Under the pieces are notes generated by a model that saw only the letters and a program-made list of their open reading frames with translations, made no database searches and was not told the origin of the DNA. Position numbers and translations under genes: made by a program. From Phycisphaeraceae bacterium (lineage in GTDB: Bacteria; Planctomycetota; Phycisphaerae; Phycisphaerales; Phycisphaeraceae): a stretch of DNA of 64,000 nucleotides. How positions within the stretch are numbered: position 1 is the first letter of the stretch; the number at the start of each line of letters is the position of its first letter. Location of the stretch: NCBI GenBank assembly GCA_020848195.1, contig JADLAP010000081.1:8822-72821 (forward strand), given 5' to 3'. Below, piece by piece: positions 1 through 8,010 of the stretch.

Positions 1-994
1 GCTCCCAGTCTTCGTAGCTGTGAGGCCTGGTCACCAGTTGCGTGGGCATCCCGCCGTGCCAGAAGCCGGGATCGCCGGTGAGTCGCGGCCAGAGCGTTTT
101 CCGCTGGGATTCATCGGCGATGTCGAAGGCGATAGCGCCCCAGTTGACGTCGGACAGGCCGTGCGCGTCGATCAGGCCTCGCTCGAAATGGATGTACTCG
201 GCGAAGTGGTCGCCGACCCAGAATCGTTCGCGGAAGCTTTCCACAAGGCGATCCGCCTGCCGGGACCACAGGGTCTGTTCATCGGATTTGCCGAGCCATT
301 CCGCCATGGCCGCCATGTCGCGGAAGGCTTTGACGCCGTAGCACTGGGTGATGCCGTCCCACTGATTGCGTGGTGGGTTTTCGATGTAGAAGCCGGAGCC
401 GCCGATCAGGCCGTTGTCGGCGATGCGGGCCGAGATATGCCGGGCCGCGGCATCGATGCTCGGCCAGTTGTCCGCCAGCCACGCGCCGTCGCGCGTGTGG
501 TCCGCGATCTCCCGTGCCGTGAGGATGTAGCTCACCGGCGCGAGCACGGACAGCGGATTGGCATTCACCTGCCAGTGCGTGAACAGACCGATCCATTTCC
601 GCGCCGGCCGGCCTGGCGGGGTGTGGGTGTAGATGTCCTGTGGCCAGCGCAGGCCGCGCAGATAGTTTGTCCGATCCGGCTCCGGATTGACGGGAAAGAT
701 GGCGAACGGAATGTTGCCGTCGCCGCGCTGCGAGCCGCGGACGAAAGCGAAGTAGTTCAGAGCCAGACGTTCGATGCCCAGCAGCAGATACGCGCCCGCC
801 ATCTGCCACGAATCCAGTCCGGGCCAGGTGTTCTCCTCGCCGTAGGCTTTGCCGTTGGCCACCACGGTGTAATGGCCCGGATACGCCTTCTCCGTGGCGG
901 CGGTCAGCAGCGTCTTGTTCACCGCCGCCTCCACGCCGGCGCGGATCGCCGGATCACCGATCGCATCGATCTTCCGCTGAATCTCCGTCTGCAT
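1..994 (-). CDS. six-hairpin (alpha/alpha)6 glycoside-hydrolase-like protein, partial (3' end runs off the left edge)
   Basis: Own translation of the minus strand from the ATG at 994-992 (MQTEIQRKIDAIGDPAIRAGVEAAVNKTLL...GGSGFYIENPPRNQWDGITQCYGVKAFRDMAAMAEWLGKSDEQTLWSRQADRLVESFRERFW...) stays open to position 1. It is missing from the ORF track because it has no stop in the window. The pattern resembles rhamnosidase/GDE-type six-hairpin domains, from memory only. Confidence 0.6.
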   Translation of the reverse strand, partial: MQTEIQRKIDAIGDPAIRAGVEAAVNKTLLTAATEKAYPGHYTVVANGKAYGEENTWPGLDSWQMAGAYLLLGIERLALNYFAFVRGSQRGDGNIPFAIFPVNPEPDRTNYLRGLRWPQDIYTHTPPGRPARKWIGLFTHWQVNANPLSVLAPVSYILTAREIADHTRDGAWLADNWPSIDAAARHISARIADNGLIGGSGFYIENPPRNQWDGITQCYGVKAFRDMAAMAEWLGKSDEQTLWSRQADRLVESFRERFWVGDHFAEYIHFERGLIDAHGLSDVNWGAIAFDIADESQRKTLWPRLTGDPGFWHGGMPTQLVTRPHSYEDWE

Positions 995-1081
995 TCGCGT
1001 CTCCTTGTCCCGTTACGGGTTGGTCACGGTAAATCGTTCGTGCAACCTGTTCAACTCGTCGGGCAGGCCTACAATCCCGGC

Positions 1082-1681
1082 ATGAACCCCAAACATGCCA
1101 CCACCGATCATCCCGTGCTGGACGTGATCGCCCAACGCTACAGTCCGTACGCCTACGAACCGCGCGGCGTGGAGCCGGCCAAACTTCTGTCCTGCCTCGA
1201 AGCGGCGCGCTGGGCCGCCAGCAGCTACAACGAACAGCCTTGGCGTTTCATCGTCGCCCGGCGCGAGGATGCCAAGGAATTCGCCCGCATGGTGGATTGT
1301 CTGCTCGAAGCCAACCAGGCGTGGGCGAAACAGGCCGGCGTGCTGATGCTCACCGTGACGAGCCGGACGTTTTCCCGCAACGGCAAGCCGAACCGCGTCT
1401 GCGAACACGACGTCGGCCTGGCGGTGGGCAACCTCTGCGCGCAGGCCACCGCGCTGGGCCTGGCTGTCCATCAGATGGCGGGCATCAACCTCACCATCGC
1501 CCGGCAAACCTACGGCATTCCCGAAGGTTTTGATCCCGTGACCGCCATCGCCGTCGGCTACGCCGCCGACCCCGCGACCGCCGATCCCGCCCTGGCCCAG
1601 CGCGACCGTACCCCGCGCACGCGCCTGCCGCTGGCGGAGATCGTTTTTGCCGGAAATTGGGGGAAATCCGTGGTGTTATAA
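1082..1681 (+). CDS. nitroreductase family protein
   Basis: Last 199 codons of track ORF 20..1681, from the in-frame ATG at 1082 (MNPKHATTDHPVLDVIAQRYSPYAYEP...SSYNEQPWRFIVA...). The upstream part of that ORF is antisense to the 1..994 gene. Confidence 0.85.
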   Translation: MNPKHATTDHPVLDVIAQRYSPYAYEPRGVEPAKLLSCLEAARWAASSYNEQPWRFIVARREDAKEFARMVDCLLEANQAWAKQAGVLMLTVTSRTFSRNGKPNRVCEHDVGLAVGNLCAQATALGLAVHQMAGINLTIARQTYGIPEGFDPVTAIAVGYAADPATADPALAQRDRTPRTRLPLAEIVFAGNWGKSVVL

Positions 1682-1788
1682 TGGTTCAATCAGACGAAAG
1701 GCGCGACATGGATCGGCAGGCTCACATCTCCGCCGACCCGATGGTGCTGTCCGGCAAGCCCGTCATCGCGGCGCTCGTGGCGGCCTGA
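1681..1788 (+). pseudogene. possible DUF433-like remnant (35 codons)
   Basis: The ATG overlaps the nitroreductase stop (TAATG). MVQSDERRDMDRQAHISADPMVLSGKPVIAALVAA* contains the I-x-x-DP-x-x-x-x-GKPVI core remembered from DUF433 proteins, then terminates early. Confidence 0.25.
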
Positions 1789-2250
1789 CGAAACCTGGCC
1801 AGCGGCCCACTCAGCGGTTCGAGATGAACATGCAACATGACGAGGCCTCCTTGCCTGCGGCTGGTCCGATACACAACACACCCAACTCATCGGCGCAAGG
1901 ACGGCCTTGTCTTTGACCTACACCGCTGTGATTGATTTATCGATTCGTTAGTGCCATTCGTATCCGACACCAATTTTCGTCTCCAGCGGACATGGGCTAC
2001 GATCTCGCCGGCGACCGCATGATTATTCTCGCCGACGACCACGACCACGGCATGGCGTTGCCGCTGGACTTGGGCCAGCGTTACACGCAGCAGGACTTCG
2101 TGGACCGCCTGATCCCGCTGGCGGGGATTCCGGTGTGAGCGTCTTGCAGCCAGGTGACGGCAACAAGGATTGAATGAAGCGAAATTTCGCTTTTGCTGCC
2201 ATTTTTGTAGACAAATCCTTCATTCGGCAACGTCATGTAAACGGTGCACC

Positions 2251-2754
2251 ATGACGCAGTCGGCGGAATCGTGGAACAGCTACCTGGACAAGCACGGCCC
2301 CGCCATGGTGCTGCTGGCCCGGCAATGGGTTCCATCACATGCCGACGCGGAGGATGTCGTGCATGACGCATTCGTCCGCTTCTGGCCTGCGCGCAATCGG
2401 GTTCAGGATCCGGCAGCATTCCTGTTTGTCTGCGTCAAACGTTGCGCTATGGATTGGCTTCGCGCTCGGAACCGTCGACAACATCACCAGAACGTCGCCG
2501 GTGAAATGACCGCGAATTGTTCGTCACTCTTTCAGACAAGGCTTGAACAGGATGAAGATCGTCAACGAGTCGAACGGCATCTGGCAAACCTGCCCCCGCC
2601 GCAGCGTGAAGTCATCGTGCTGCATCTCTGGGCAGACCTGACGTTTCAGCAAATCGGCGTCGTCGCCGGAGTCTCGGTGAACACCGCTGCGTCACGCTAC
2701 CGATATGCCCTGGAAGCCTTGCGCGGCGCGATGCAACAGGAGCTGGACCGATGA
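2251..2754 (+). CDS. ECF-type RNA polymerase sigma-70 family factor
   Basis: Track ORF 2170..2754 trimmed to the ATG at 2251. Region 2-like DVVHDAFVRFW and region 4-like REVIVLHLWADLTFQQIGVVAGVSVNTAASRYRYALEAL. Confidence 0.85.
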   Translation: MTQSAESWNSYLDKHGPAMVLLARQWVPSHADAEDVVHDAFVRFWPARNRVQDPAAFLFVCVKRCAMDWLRARNRRQHHQNVAGEMTANCSSLFQTRLEQDEDRQRVERHLANLPPPQREVIVLHLWADLTFQQIGVVAGVSVNTAASRYRYALEALRGAMQQELDR

Positions 2755-3122
2755 ACGATCCTTTGGCTGAACTGGAACATCGCCTTCGCCGACTGCAACC
2801 CTGCACCGTGACAAGCGGCCTGAATGCCCGTGTCGGCAGGACGATCGCGCGACAACGCCGCGTACGGCAAATGCTTCGTGTGATCGCTGTCGCAGCCTGT
2901 CTGGGCTTGGCGGCGATGCTGCTGCGCCACCCCAGGTCCAACATTCATCCGGTTTCCGCTCCTTGGGTATCCGGTTCGCTGTCGGCAGGACCAACCTGGC
3001 TCAACTATCAGCAGGCCTGGCATACCTCACCCGCGGCATTGGATGACCTGCTCGATGAACATGCGCGAATTTATCTGCCCGGCCAGTCGCATTCTGATAC
3101 GGCATATCGCTCCTCCTTGTGA
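2751..3122 (+). CDS. putative anti-sigma factor (single-pass membrane protein)
   Basis: ATGA overlap with the sigma gene stop. One hydrophobic segment (VIAVAACLGLAAMLL) after a short cytoplasmic N-terminus. Assignment rests on position and topology only. Confidence 0.55.
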   Translation: MNDPLAELEHRLRRLQPCTVTSGLNARVGRTIARQRRVRQMLRVIAVAACLGLAAMLLRHPRSNIHPVSAPWVSGSLSAGPTWLNYQQAWHTSPAALDDLLDEHARIYLPGQSHSDTAYRSSL

Positions 3123-3149
3123 CATTTTCAAACCAGAAAGGAACAGATC

Positions 3150-4151
3150 GTGATGACGCAAACCAAAGTGATGTACGTTTTGATGATGGCGTTGTCCATC
3201 ACCACCGTGGCAAAGAGTGAAGAAGCTCCCGCCGCGACACATTCGACGCCGGCAGCAACGGTCAATAACGCGGCCCTGTTGTACTGGCAGGCATTTGCCC
3301 TGCTGCCCGGCAGGGAAGAGATGAACCGCGTGGCCGCACTGCTCGATCAGCCGGTCGGCGATGAATCACGCCAGCTCGCCGGCGTGGGAAAACAGTCGCT
3401 GACTTTGCTGCACAAGGCGGCGATGATTCCCGCCTGCGATTGGGGTTTGCTGGTGGAAGATGGACCCGCTGTCCTGCTTCCGCATGTGTCCAAATCGCGG
3501 GAATTGGCCCGTCTGGCCTTGCTTGAGGCCAAGGTTCATGAGGCGAACGGTCAGCATGGACAGGCAGCGGACGCGTGGGTCGACGTGCTCGCGCTGGGCC
3601 GGCATGCCGCTCAGGATCAGATGCTGCTGGAGGTGATCGTCAGCCAATGGTGCGAACGTCAGGCCCTGCCCATGCTGGAATCACGCGTGGATGCTCTGAG
3701 CAGCGCCGAAGCCCGCATGATCCTCAATCGCCTGGAACAATTGCCTTCCGCTCCCCGCGTGGCGGAAGCGATTCGCCGGGATGGTCGAATCATGACGGAT
3801 TGGGCTATGAATCAGGTGCGAACCGCGGGACCCGGTGCGCTCAAGCCCCTCATGGACGAGCGCAACGCCGAACAGTTGAAAACGTGGACGACTGAGCAGG
3901 TTCTCGCCATGCTCCAGGATGTGCGCAAACAGAGTGATGAACTGGCCCGGCTTGCCGGGAAGGACAACGCTGAAGGCGTGCAGGCGATGCGGTCATTCGA
4001 GCAACAGTTGAACCAAACCACCAATCTTTTCGTGAAACTCATGCTGCCGCCGACAGTCGGCGCCGTGGTCGCCAGGAATGCCGAAAACAGGGCGAAACTC
4101 GCGGGCATTGAGCAGTCATTACGCGTGCGGGCGCAAGCTTCGGCGAAGTAA
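3150..4151 (+). CDS. secreted hypothetical protein
   Basis: Track ORF (GTG at 3150, ATG at 3153). Signal-peptide-like N-terminus MYVLMMALSITTVAKSEE. Followed 15 nt later by a strong hairpin. Confidence 0.6.
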   Translation: MMTQTKVMYVLMMALSITTVAKSEEAPAATHSTPAATVNNAALLYWQAFALLPGREEMNRVAALLDQPVGDESRQLAGVGKQSLTLLHKAAMIPACDWGLLVEDGPAVLLPHVSKSRELARLALLEAKVHEANGQHGQAADAWVDVLALGRHAAQDQMLLEVIVSQWCERQALPMLESRVDALSSAEARMILNRLEQLPSAPRVAEAIRRDGRIMTDWAMNQVRTAGPGALKPLMDERNAEQLKTWTTEQVLAMLQDVRKQSDELARLAGKDNAEGVQAMRSFEQQLNQTTNLFVKLMLPPTVGAVVARNAENRAKLAGIEQSLRVRAQASAK

Positions 4152-4166
4152 CGCCGTGCTTCAACA

Positions 4167-4222
4167 AAAACGGTGTCGGATACGGTTTTGGCCAAAATCG
4201 TGTTTGACACCGTTTTGTGTGT
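4167..4222 (+). terminator. two-tier hairpin plus U-rich tail, likely intrinsic terminator
   Basis: Outer stem AAAACGGTGTC (4167-4177) pairs with GACACCGTTTT (4206-4216). Inner near-palindrome ACGGTTTTGGCCAAAATCGT (4182-4201). Then TTTTGTGTGTT. Confidence 0.5.
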
Positions 4223-4410
4223 TCGTGGACGCAGCACCACCTACGAGGTCAACAGGTGTTTGACGAGCCAGGGCAGGTTGCAGGAGATGCGATGTTTGGC
4301 CGATGCGGACAAGTTTTTCGGCTTCTTAACAGAGCATCATTGCAGATTAGAAAATGTTTTCTCATTTGCACGGCCTGCTGCGGGGCAGCCCCGACAAACG
4401 CATGTAGGTT

Positions 4411-4513
4411 TGACGAGCCGCGCCCGTGAGGAAGCAGACATCCTGCGGATGAGGGGGTGCAACGTAAAAACCAGCACCCCAGGCGTCAGAAAGCCGTCCG
4501 CGCCCTTACAGTC
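4411..4513. repeat. degenerate copy of REPIN-B element
   Basis: TGACGAGCCGCGCCCGTGAGGAAGCAGAC...GGGGGTGCAACGTAAAAACCAGCACCCCAGGCG...CGTCCGCGCCCTTACAG is collinear with the 29159-29270 copy (TGACGAGCCGCGACCGTCAGGGAGCGGACCGC...GGGGGTGCCTCGCAACAACCAGCACCCCAGGCGG...CGTCCGCTCCCTCACGG). Confidence 0.5.
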
Positions 4514-4706
4514 TCACCCTTCCACACATCTCGGAGTTCCACCCAAACCCGCCGTTCCACCGTCGCAAGACCCCGCAGAAGGGGCGAAGACGCCCCATCC
4601 GCGGGCTTTGCCCGGCGTTATCGATCGACCCAAGCCCGCGGATGACCCGTCTTCGGGTCTTCCGAGGGGCCTTGCGACGGCGAAAGGGAGATGTGTGGAA
4701 GGGTGA
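4514..4706. repeat. 193-nt imperfect long palindrome (MITE-like element or structured 3' UTR of nuoH)
   Basis: Perfect 19-nt outer arms TCACCCTTCCACACATCTC (4514-4532) / GAGATGTGTGGAAGGGTGA (4688-4706). Inner arms 4560-4574/4666-4680 (1 mismatch) and 4586-4608/4632-4654 (3-nt bulge). Centre contains CGATCG. Confidence 0.55.
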
Positions 4707-4748
4707 ACCCTTACGGTTGCGGCTCATTCAGATGTCGGATGCCGTCGT

Positions 4749-6182
4749 TCAGCCCTGCGTCGCCTCGCTGGTCCATGAGATGTCGCGGCCGACGGGCATG
4801 ACGTCGGTGAAGAGCGACTTGCGCGGCTGGCGGTCGCGGTGGAGCCAGGCGAAAGCGATCACGCCGAGGATGGTCAGTCCCAGCGCCAAGGTGAGCGCGG
4901 TCAGGACGAGTTGCGTGGCCAGTTGCAGCACGGGGGTTTCGCCGGCGAGATAGCCGAGGTTGTAGACCGTTTTGCCGTGGATGACCGCTTCAGGCTGGGG
5001 CACGAGGGCGACCCAGCAGGCGACGCCGACGAGCGTGATCAGGCTGGCCGGCAGCAGCACTTTCACGCAGGTGTAGAGCACCTGGTCGATGCGGATGCGG
5101 GGCAGGGTCCAGCGGAGCCACATCTGGACGAAGATGAGGCTGAAGGCTTTGGCGGCGACCCAGAAGACGCCGTAGAGGTTGACGACGGCCAGACCGATGG
5201 GGCTGACGCCCATGGCGTCGGCGGTCTGGTTCCAGCCTTCGGCGGCGGCCAGCGCGCCGGAGAAGTAGGCTTGTCCCGCCTTCACCGGGTCGTAGCCCAT
5301 GAACATATGCACGGGATCGAGCGGCCCCAGCGGACTGTTCCATCCGCCGAGGAAGAGGAAGGAGGAGACGACGCCGACGATGAACATGGAGGCATATTCG
5401 GCGAAGAAGAAGAAGCTGAACCGCAGGCCGGAGTATTCGGTATGGAAGCCGGCGACCAGTTCGCTTTCGGATTCCGGCAGGTCAAAGGGCGCGCGTTTGC
5501 AGGAGGCGAGGCTGGCGACGAAGTAGAGGAAGAACGCGGCGAAGAGGAAGGGATTGTGATGGACGAACCAGTCCTGGATTCCGCCGCCCTGGAGGTATCC
5601 CAGTTCGACGAGGTTGAGCGTGCCGGCGACGATGACGCCGCAGATCAGGCTGATGCCCAGGGGTATTTCGTAGCTGACCATCTGACAGGCTTCGCGCATG
5701 GCGCCGTAGATGGCCCATTTGGAGTTGGATCCCCAGCCGGCCATGATGACGGCCATGACTTCGACAGCCAGCACCGCCAGGACATAGAGCAGGCCGTTGT
5801 TCAGGCCGCCCTCGAAGCAGAGTTGCGGGCCAAAAGGCAGGGCGACGAACGCGGCGAAGACGGGGGCGAAGGCGACATAGGGCGCGAGCTTGAACAGGAA
5901 GGCGTCGGCCCCGTGGGGCATGAGGTCTTCCTTGAGGATGAGTTTGACGCCGTCGGCGATGGACTGTGCCCAGCCGAACTTGATGCCCGTGTGGACGGGG
6001 CCGAGGCGGGACTGCATGTGGCCGGCGACCTTGCGTTCCGCCCAGATGCTGAACATGGCGACGGCGCTGATGCCGGCGACGAAGACGAAAAGAATGAGGG
6101 CGAACTTGATCAGCACGATCAGCCAGATGTTGTGCATGGCCCAGACGGGAATGATGGAGGACAGCGTGGTCAGCGTCGGCAT
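4749..6182 (-). CDS. nuoH: NADH-quinone oxidoreductase subunit H
   Basis: Track ORF 4749..6305 trimmed to the ATG at 6182 (MPTLTTLSS...). Hallmarks: WAERKVAGHMQSRLGPVHTG, GWAQSIADGVKLILKED, APFDLPESESELVAGFHTEYSG. Multi-TM throughout. Confidence 0.9.
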   Translation of the reverse strand: MPTLTTLSSIIPVWAMHNIWLIVLIKFALILFVFVAGISAVAMFSIWAERKVAGHMQSRLGPVHTGIKFGWAQSIADGVKLILKEDLMPHGADAFLFKLAPYVAFAPVFAAFVALPFGPQLCFEGGLNNGLLYVLAVLAVEVMAVIMAGWGSNSKWAIYGAMREACQMVSYEIPLGISLICGVIVAGTLNLVELGYLQGGGIQDWFVHHNPFLFAAFFLYFVASLASCKRAPFDLPESESELVAGFHTEYSGLRFSFFFFAEYASMFIVGVVSSFLFLGGWNSPLGPLDPVHMFMGYDPVKAGQAYFSGALAAAEGWNQTADAMGVSPIGLAVVNLYGVFWVAAKAFSLIFVQMWLRWTLPRIRIDQVLYTCVKVLLPASLITLVGVACWVALVPQPEAVIHGKTVYNLGYLAGETPVLQLATQLVLTALTLALGLTILGVIAFAWLHRDRQPRKSLFTDVMPVGRDISWTSEATQG

Positions 6183-6401
6183 GGAAGCGATACCCCTGGG
6201 GCCGCGCCCACCGCAGGCCCGATTCCCGGAAGGATTGCGTGGGCGATTGTAGCGGGCTGGGCGCGACAAGTCGCGGCGCTTCATATCGATCATCGCGCCT
6301 ATCATTTCAGGACACCGAAAATCATCGGTGGCCGCAACCGTTTTCCTTCCGGGGGTGTATGCCTGTTGGATCGACCATTCCTTTCACCCGCACAGGAGGA
6401 C

Positions 6402-6722
6402 ATGGTGATGCTTATTCAGGTCAGCCCGCACGGTTCCTTGGGCAGCGAAGCGCTCTCGGCTCACGTTCAACGGGAAGTTCGCCGCGCTGTCCGGTCGTTT
6501 GAAAACCGGGTCACGCGGGTCGAAGTGCATTTCCACGACGACAACGGCCCCGCGGCGCACGGCCACGACAAGCGCGTGGTCATCGAAGCCCGTCTGGCGG
6601 GCCGGCAACCGTTCGCCGTCGCACAATCGTCGGATGATCTCTACGGCGCGATCACGGAAGCCGCGCGCAAGCTTCGACGCACGGGCATGCGCCTCATGGA
6701 CATCGATCAACACCGGCACTGA
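6402..6722 (+). CDS. HPF/RaiA (YfiA) family ribosome-associated protein, short form
   Basis: Last 106 codons of track ORF 4839..6722. AGGAGGA sits at 6394-6400, with ATGs at 6402 and 6408. RVTRVEVHFHDDNG...KRVVIEARLAGRQPFAVAQSSDDLYGAITEAARKLRR matches the S30AE/HPF fold pattern. Confidence 0.75.
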   Translation: MVMLIQVSPHGSLGSEALSAHVQREVRRAVRSFENRVTRVEVHFHDDNGPAAHGHDKRVVIEARLAGRQPFAVAQSSDDLYGAITEAARKLRRTGMRLMDIDQHRH

Positions 6723-6749
6723 TTCTTCCGTCCGGCAACACGCAGCCGA

Positions 6750-7106
6750 TCACGACAACGCCGCCAGCGCATCCTGCAGCGTCGCATCGACGCTCAGGAT
6801 GCGGTCCAGCTTGACCAGACGGAAAATTTCCGCCAGTTCGACCCCGACCTCGCAGATGCGAAGCTGGCCCCGTTTGCGGCAGACTTTCAGGTTGATGCCC
6901 ATCACCACGCCGAGAATGGCGGAGGACACTTCCCGCACGCCCTGGAAGTCGATCACCATGCGGGGATTGGTCGATTCCTCCAGCAGGGCGTGTACTTCCA
7001 GATTGAGCTGCTCCACCATGACGCGATCGTTGATGTCGCTGCGAACATGGATCACACTGGTGTCGGCGATGCGCTCGATGGAGAACGTTGTGCCAGGTCT
7101 GCACAT
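6750..7106 (-). CDS. STAS-domain anti-sigma-factor antagonist (SpoIIAA-like)
   Basis: Track ORF. ...VIDFQGVREVSSAILGVVMGINLKVCRKRGQLRICEVGVELAEIFRLVKLDRIL is a typical STAS layout. GGAGG lies upstream. Confidence 0.8.
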   Translation of the reverse strand: MCRPGTTFSIERIADTSVIHVRSDINDRVMVEQLNLEVHALLEESTNPRMVIDFQGVREVSSAILGVVMGINLKVCRKRGQLRICEVGVELAEIFRLVKLDRILSVDATLQDALAALS

Positions 7107-7181
7107 GGCTCTCCCCTCCTCTCCCCCCTTCTCCCTAGATCAACGCATCTTCCAGTCTACTCTATTGCGGAATTTCATGCG

Positions 7182-7724
7182 CTACTTTTGCATTGTGTGA
7201 ACCGGAAATGAAGACCAGTCGGTGGCGTCGGGGTGGGGCTGCTCGATCCGCCAGGCCAGTTCGCCGTGGAAACAGCGGATGTGCGCCATGAAAAACCGCC
7301 GGCGATAGCGCCAGAACAACGGCCAGATCACCCGCCGGTCCGTCTGCGGGATCGGCAGTTCCGCCAGTTTCGCCGGGTCGTGCCACTCCAGCCGGCCTTC
7401 CTCAAAGGTCTGCCTCCGCACCTGGACCGGCCGGTTCACTTCGTACAGGAACATCAGCCAGTGCATGGCGTCGTCGAAGCCGGCCTCGGACACGATGCCC
7501 GTCAGGTGCACATCGCCCGGCGTCAGCGTCAGGTCGGCCTCCTCCTCAATCTCCCGCAAGGCGCAGGCCGTGGGACTTTCACCGCTGACCTGGTCCAGCT
7601 TCCCACCGATCGGGGAGTACAGGTCCCGGTTCGGCGGCTTGACCCGGTGCAGCATCAGCACCCGCCCCGCTTCGTCGAAGAGGTAACACAGCACGGCTAT
7701 CCGATAGGGCAGCACGTCAGTCAT
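7182..7724 (-). CDS. NUDIX hydrolase
   Basis: Track ORF 7182..8024 trimmed to the ATG at 7724 (MTDVLPYRIAV...). Nudix box GGKLDQVSGESPTACALREIEEEADL. Confidence 0.8.
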   Translation of the reverse strand: MTDVLPYRIAVLCYLFDEAGRVLMLHRVKPPNRDLYSPIGGKLDQVSGESPTACALREIEEEADLTLTPGDVHLTGIVSEAGFDDAMHWLMFLYEVNRPVQVRRQTFEEGRLEWHDPAKLAELPIPQTDRRVIWPLFWRYRRRFFMAHIRCFHGELAWRIEQPHPDATDWSSFPVHTMQK

Positions 7725-7756
7725 GATGTGAAGTGTACCCGGACGGGAAGACGCGG

Positions 7757-7835
7757 GACGCGCGGGCAGTTTGCCCGCGGCTGGCAAGGAGTTTCCCTTC
7801 ATCTTGCATAGCCGCGGGCAAACTGCCCGCGCGTC
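7757..7835. repeat. REPIN-A: two inverted 26-nt REP hairpins
   Basis: GACGCGCGGGCAGTTTGCCCGCGGCT (7757-7782) and its exact reverse complement (7810-7835). Each arm contains the hairpin GCGGGCA-GTT-TGCCCGC. A third single copy lies at 32445-32470. Confidence 0.75.
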
Positions 7836-8010
7836 TTGCGTTTCGTCCTTCGGGCATTTCCCCCAATCCCTCACAACCCGCACGTCCGTCACGAACCCAA
7901 TTCCGTTTTTCAGTCGCGCATTCTTTTCCATCGCATCGCTGGCGTGACCCGCTTCCCGGTCTACGTTTGCCCTCGGAGGCTTCAAACCCGCACACGAGGG
8001 AGACAACACC

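Noticed and set aside
20-1081. N-terminal extensions of several track ORFs (20..1681, 7182..8024, 29158..30282, 31099..32052, 35854..37377, 53967..56300)
   Set aside because: The extended parts overlap other genes or repeats and are Arg/Pro/Gly-rich. In each case the conserved domain begins at an internal ATG with a plausible context, so I trimmed to that start.
1932-2138. 68-codon ORF (TTG start) upstream of the ECF sigma gene
   Set aside because: It has no motif, a weak start and no SD. It could be real (MGYDLAGDRMIILADDHDHG...) but I cannot support it.
4173-4706. 177-codon plus-strand ORF between the ECF trio and nuoH
   Set aside because: It is composed almost entirely of the decayed REPIN-B copy and the 193-nt palindrome, so its translation is a repeat artefact.
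4839-6722. 627-codon plus-strand ORF
   Set aside because: Its first ~520 codons are antisense to the unmistakable nuoH gene. They have the Asp/Gly/Glu/His/Arg-rich composition typical of GC-rich antisense frames. Only the last 106 codons (hpf-like, from 6402) are kept.
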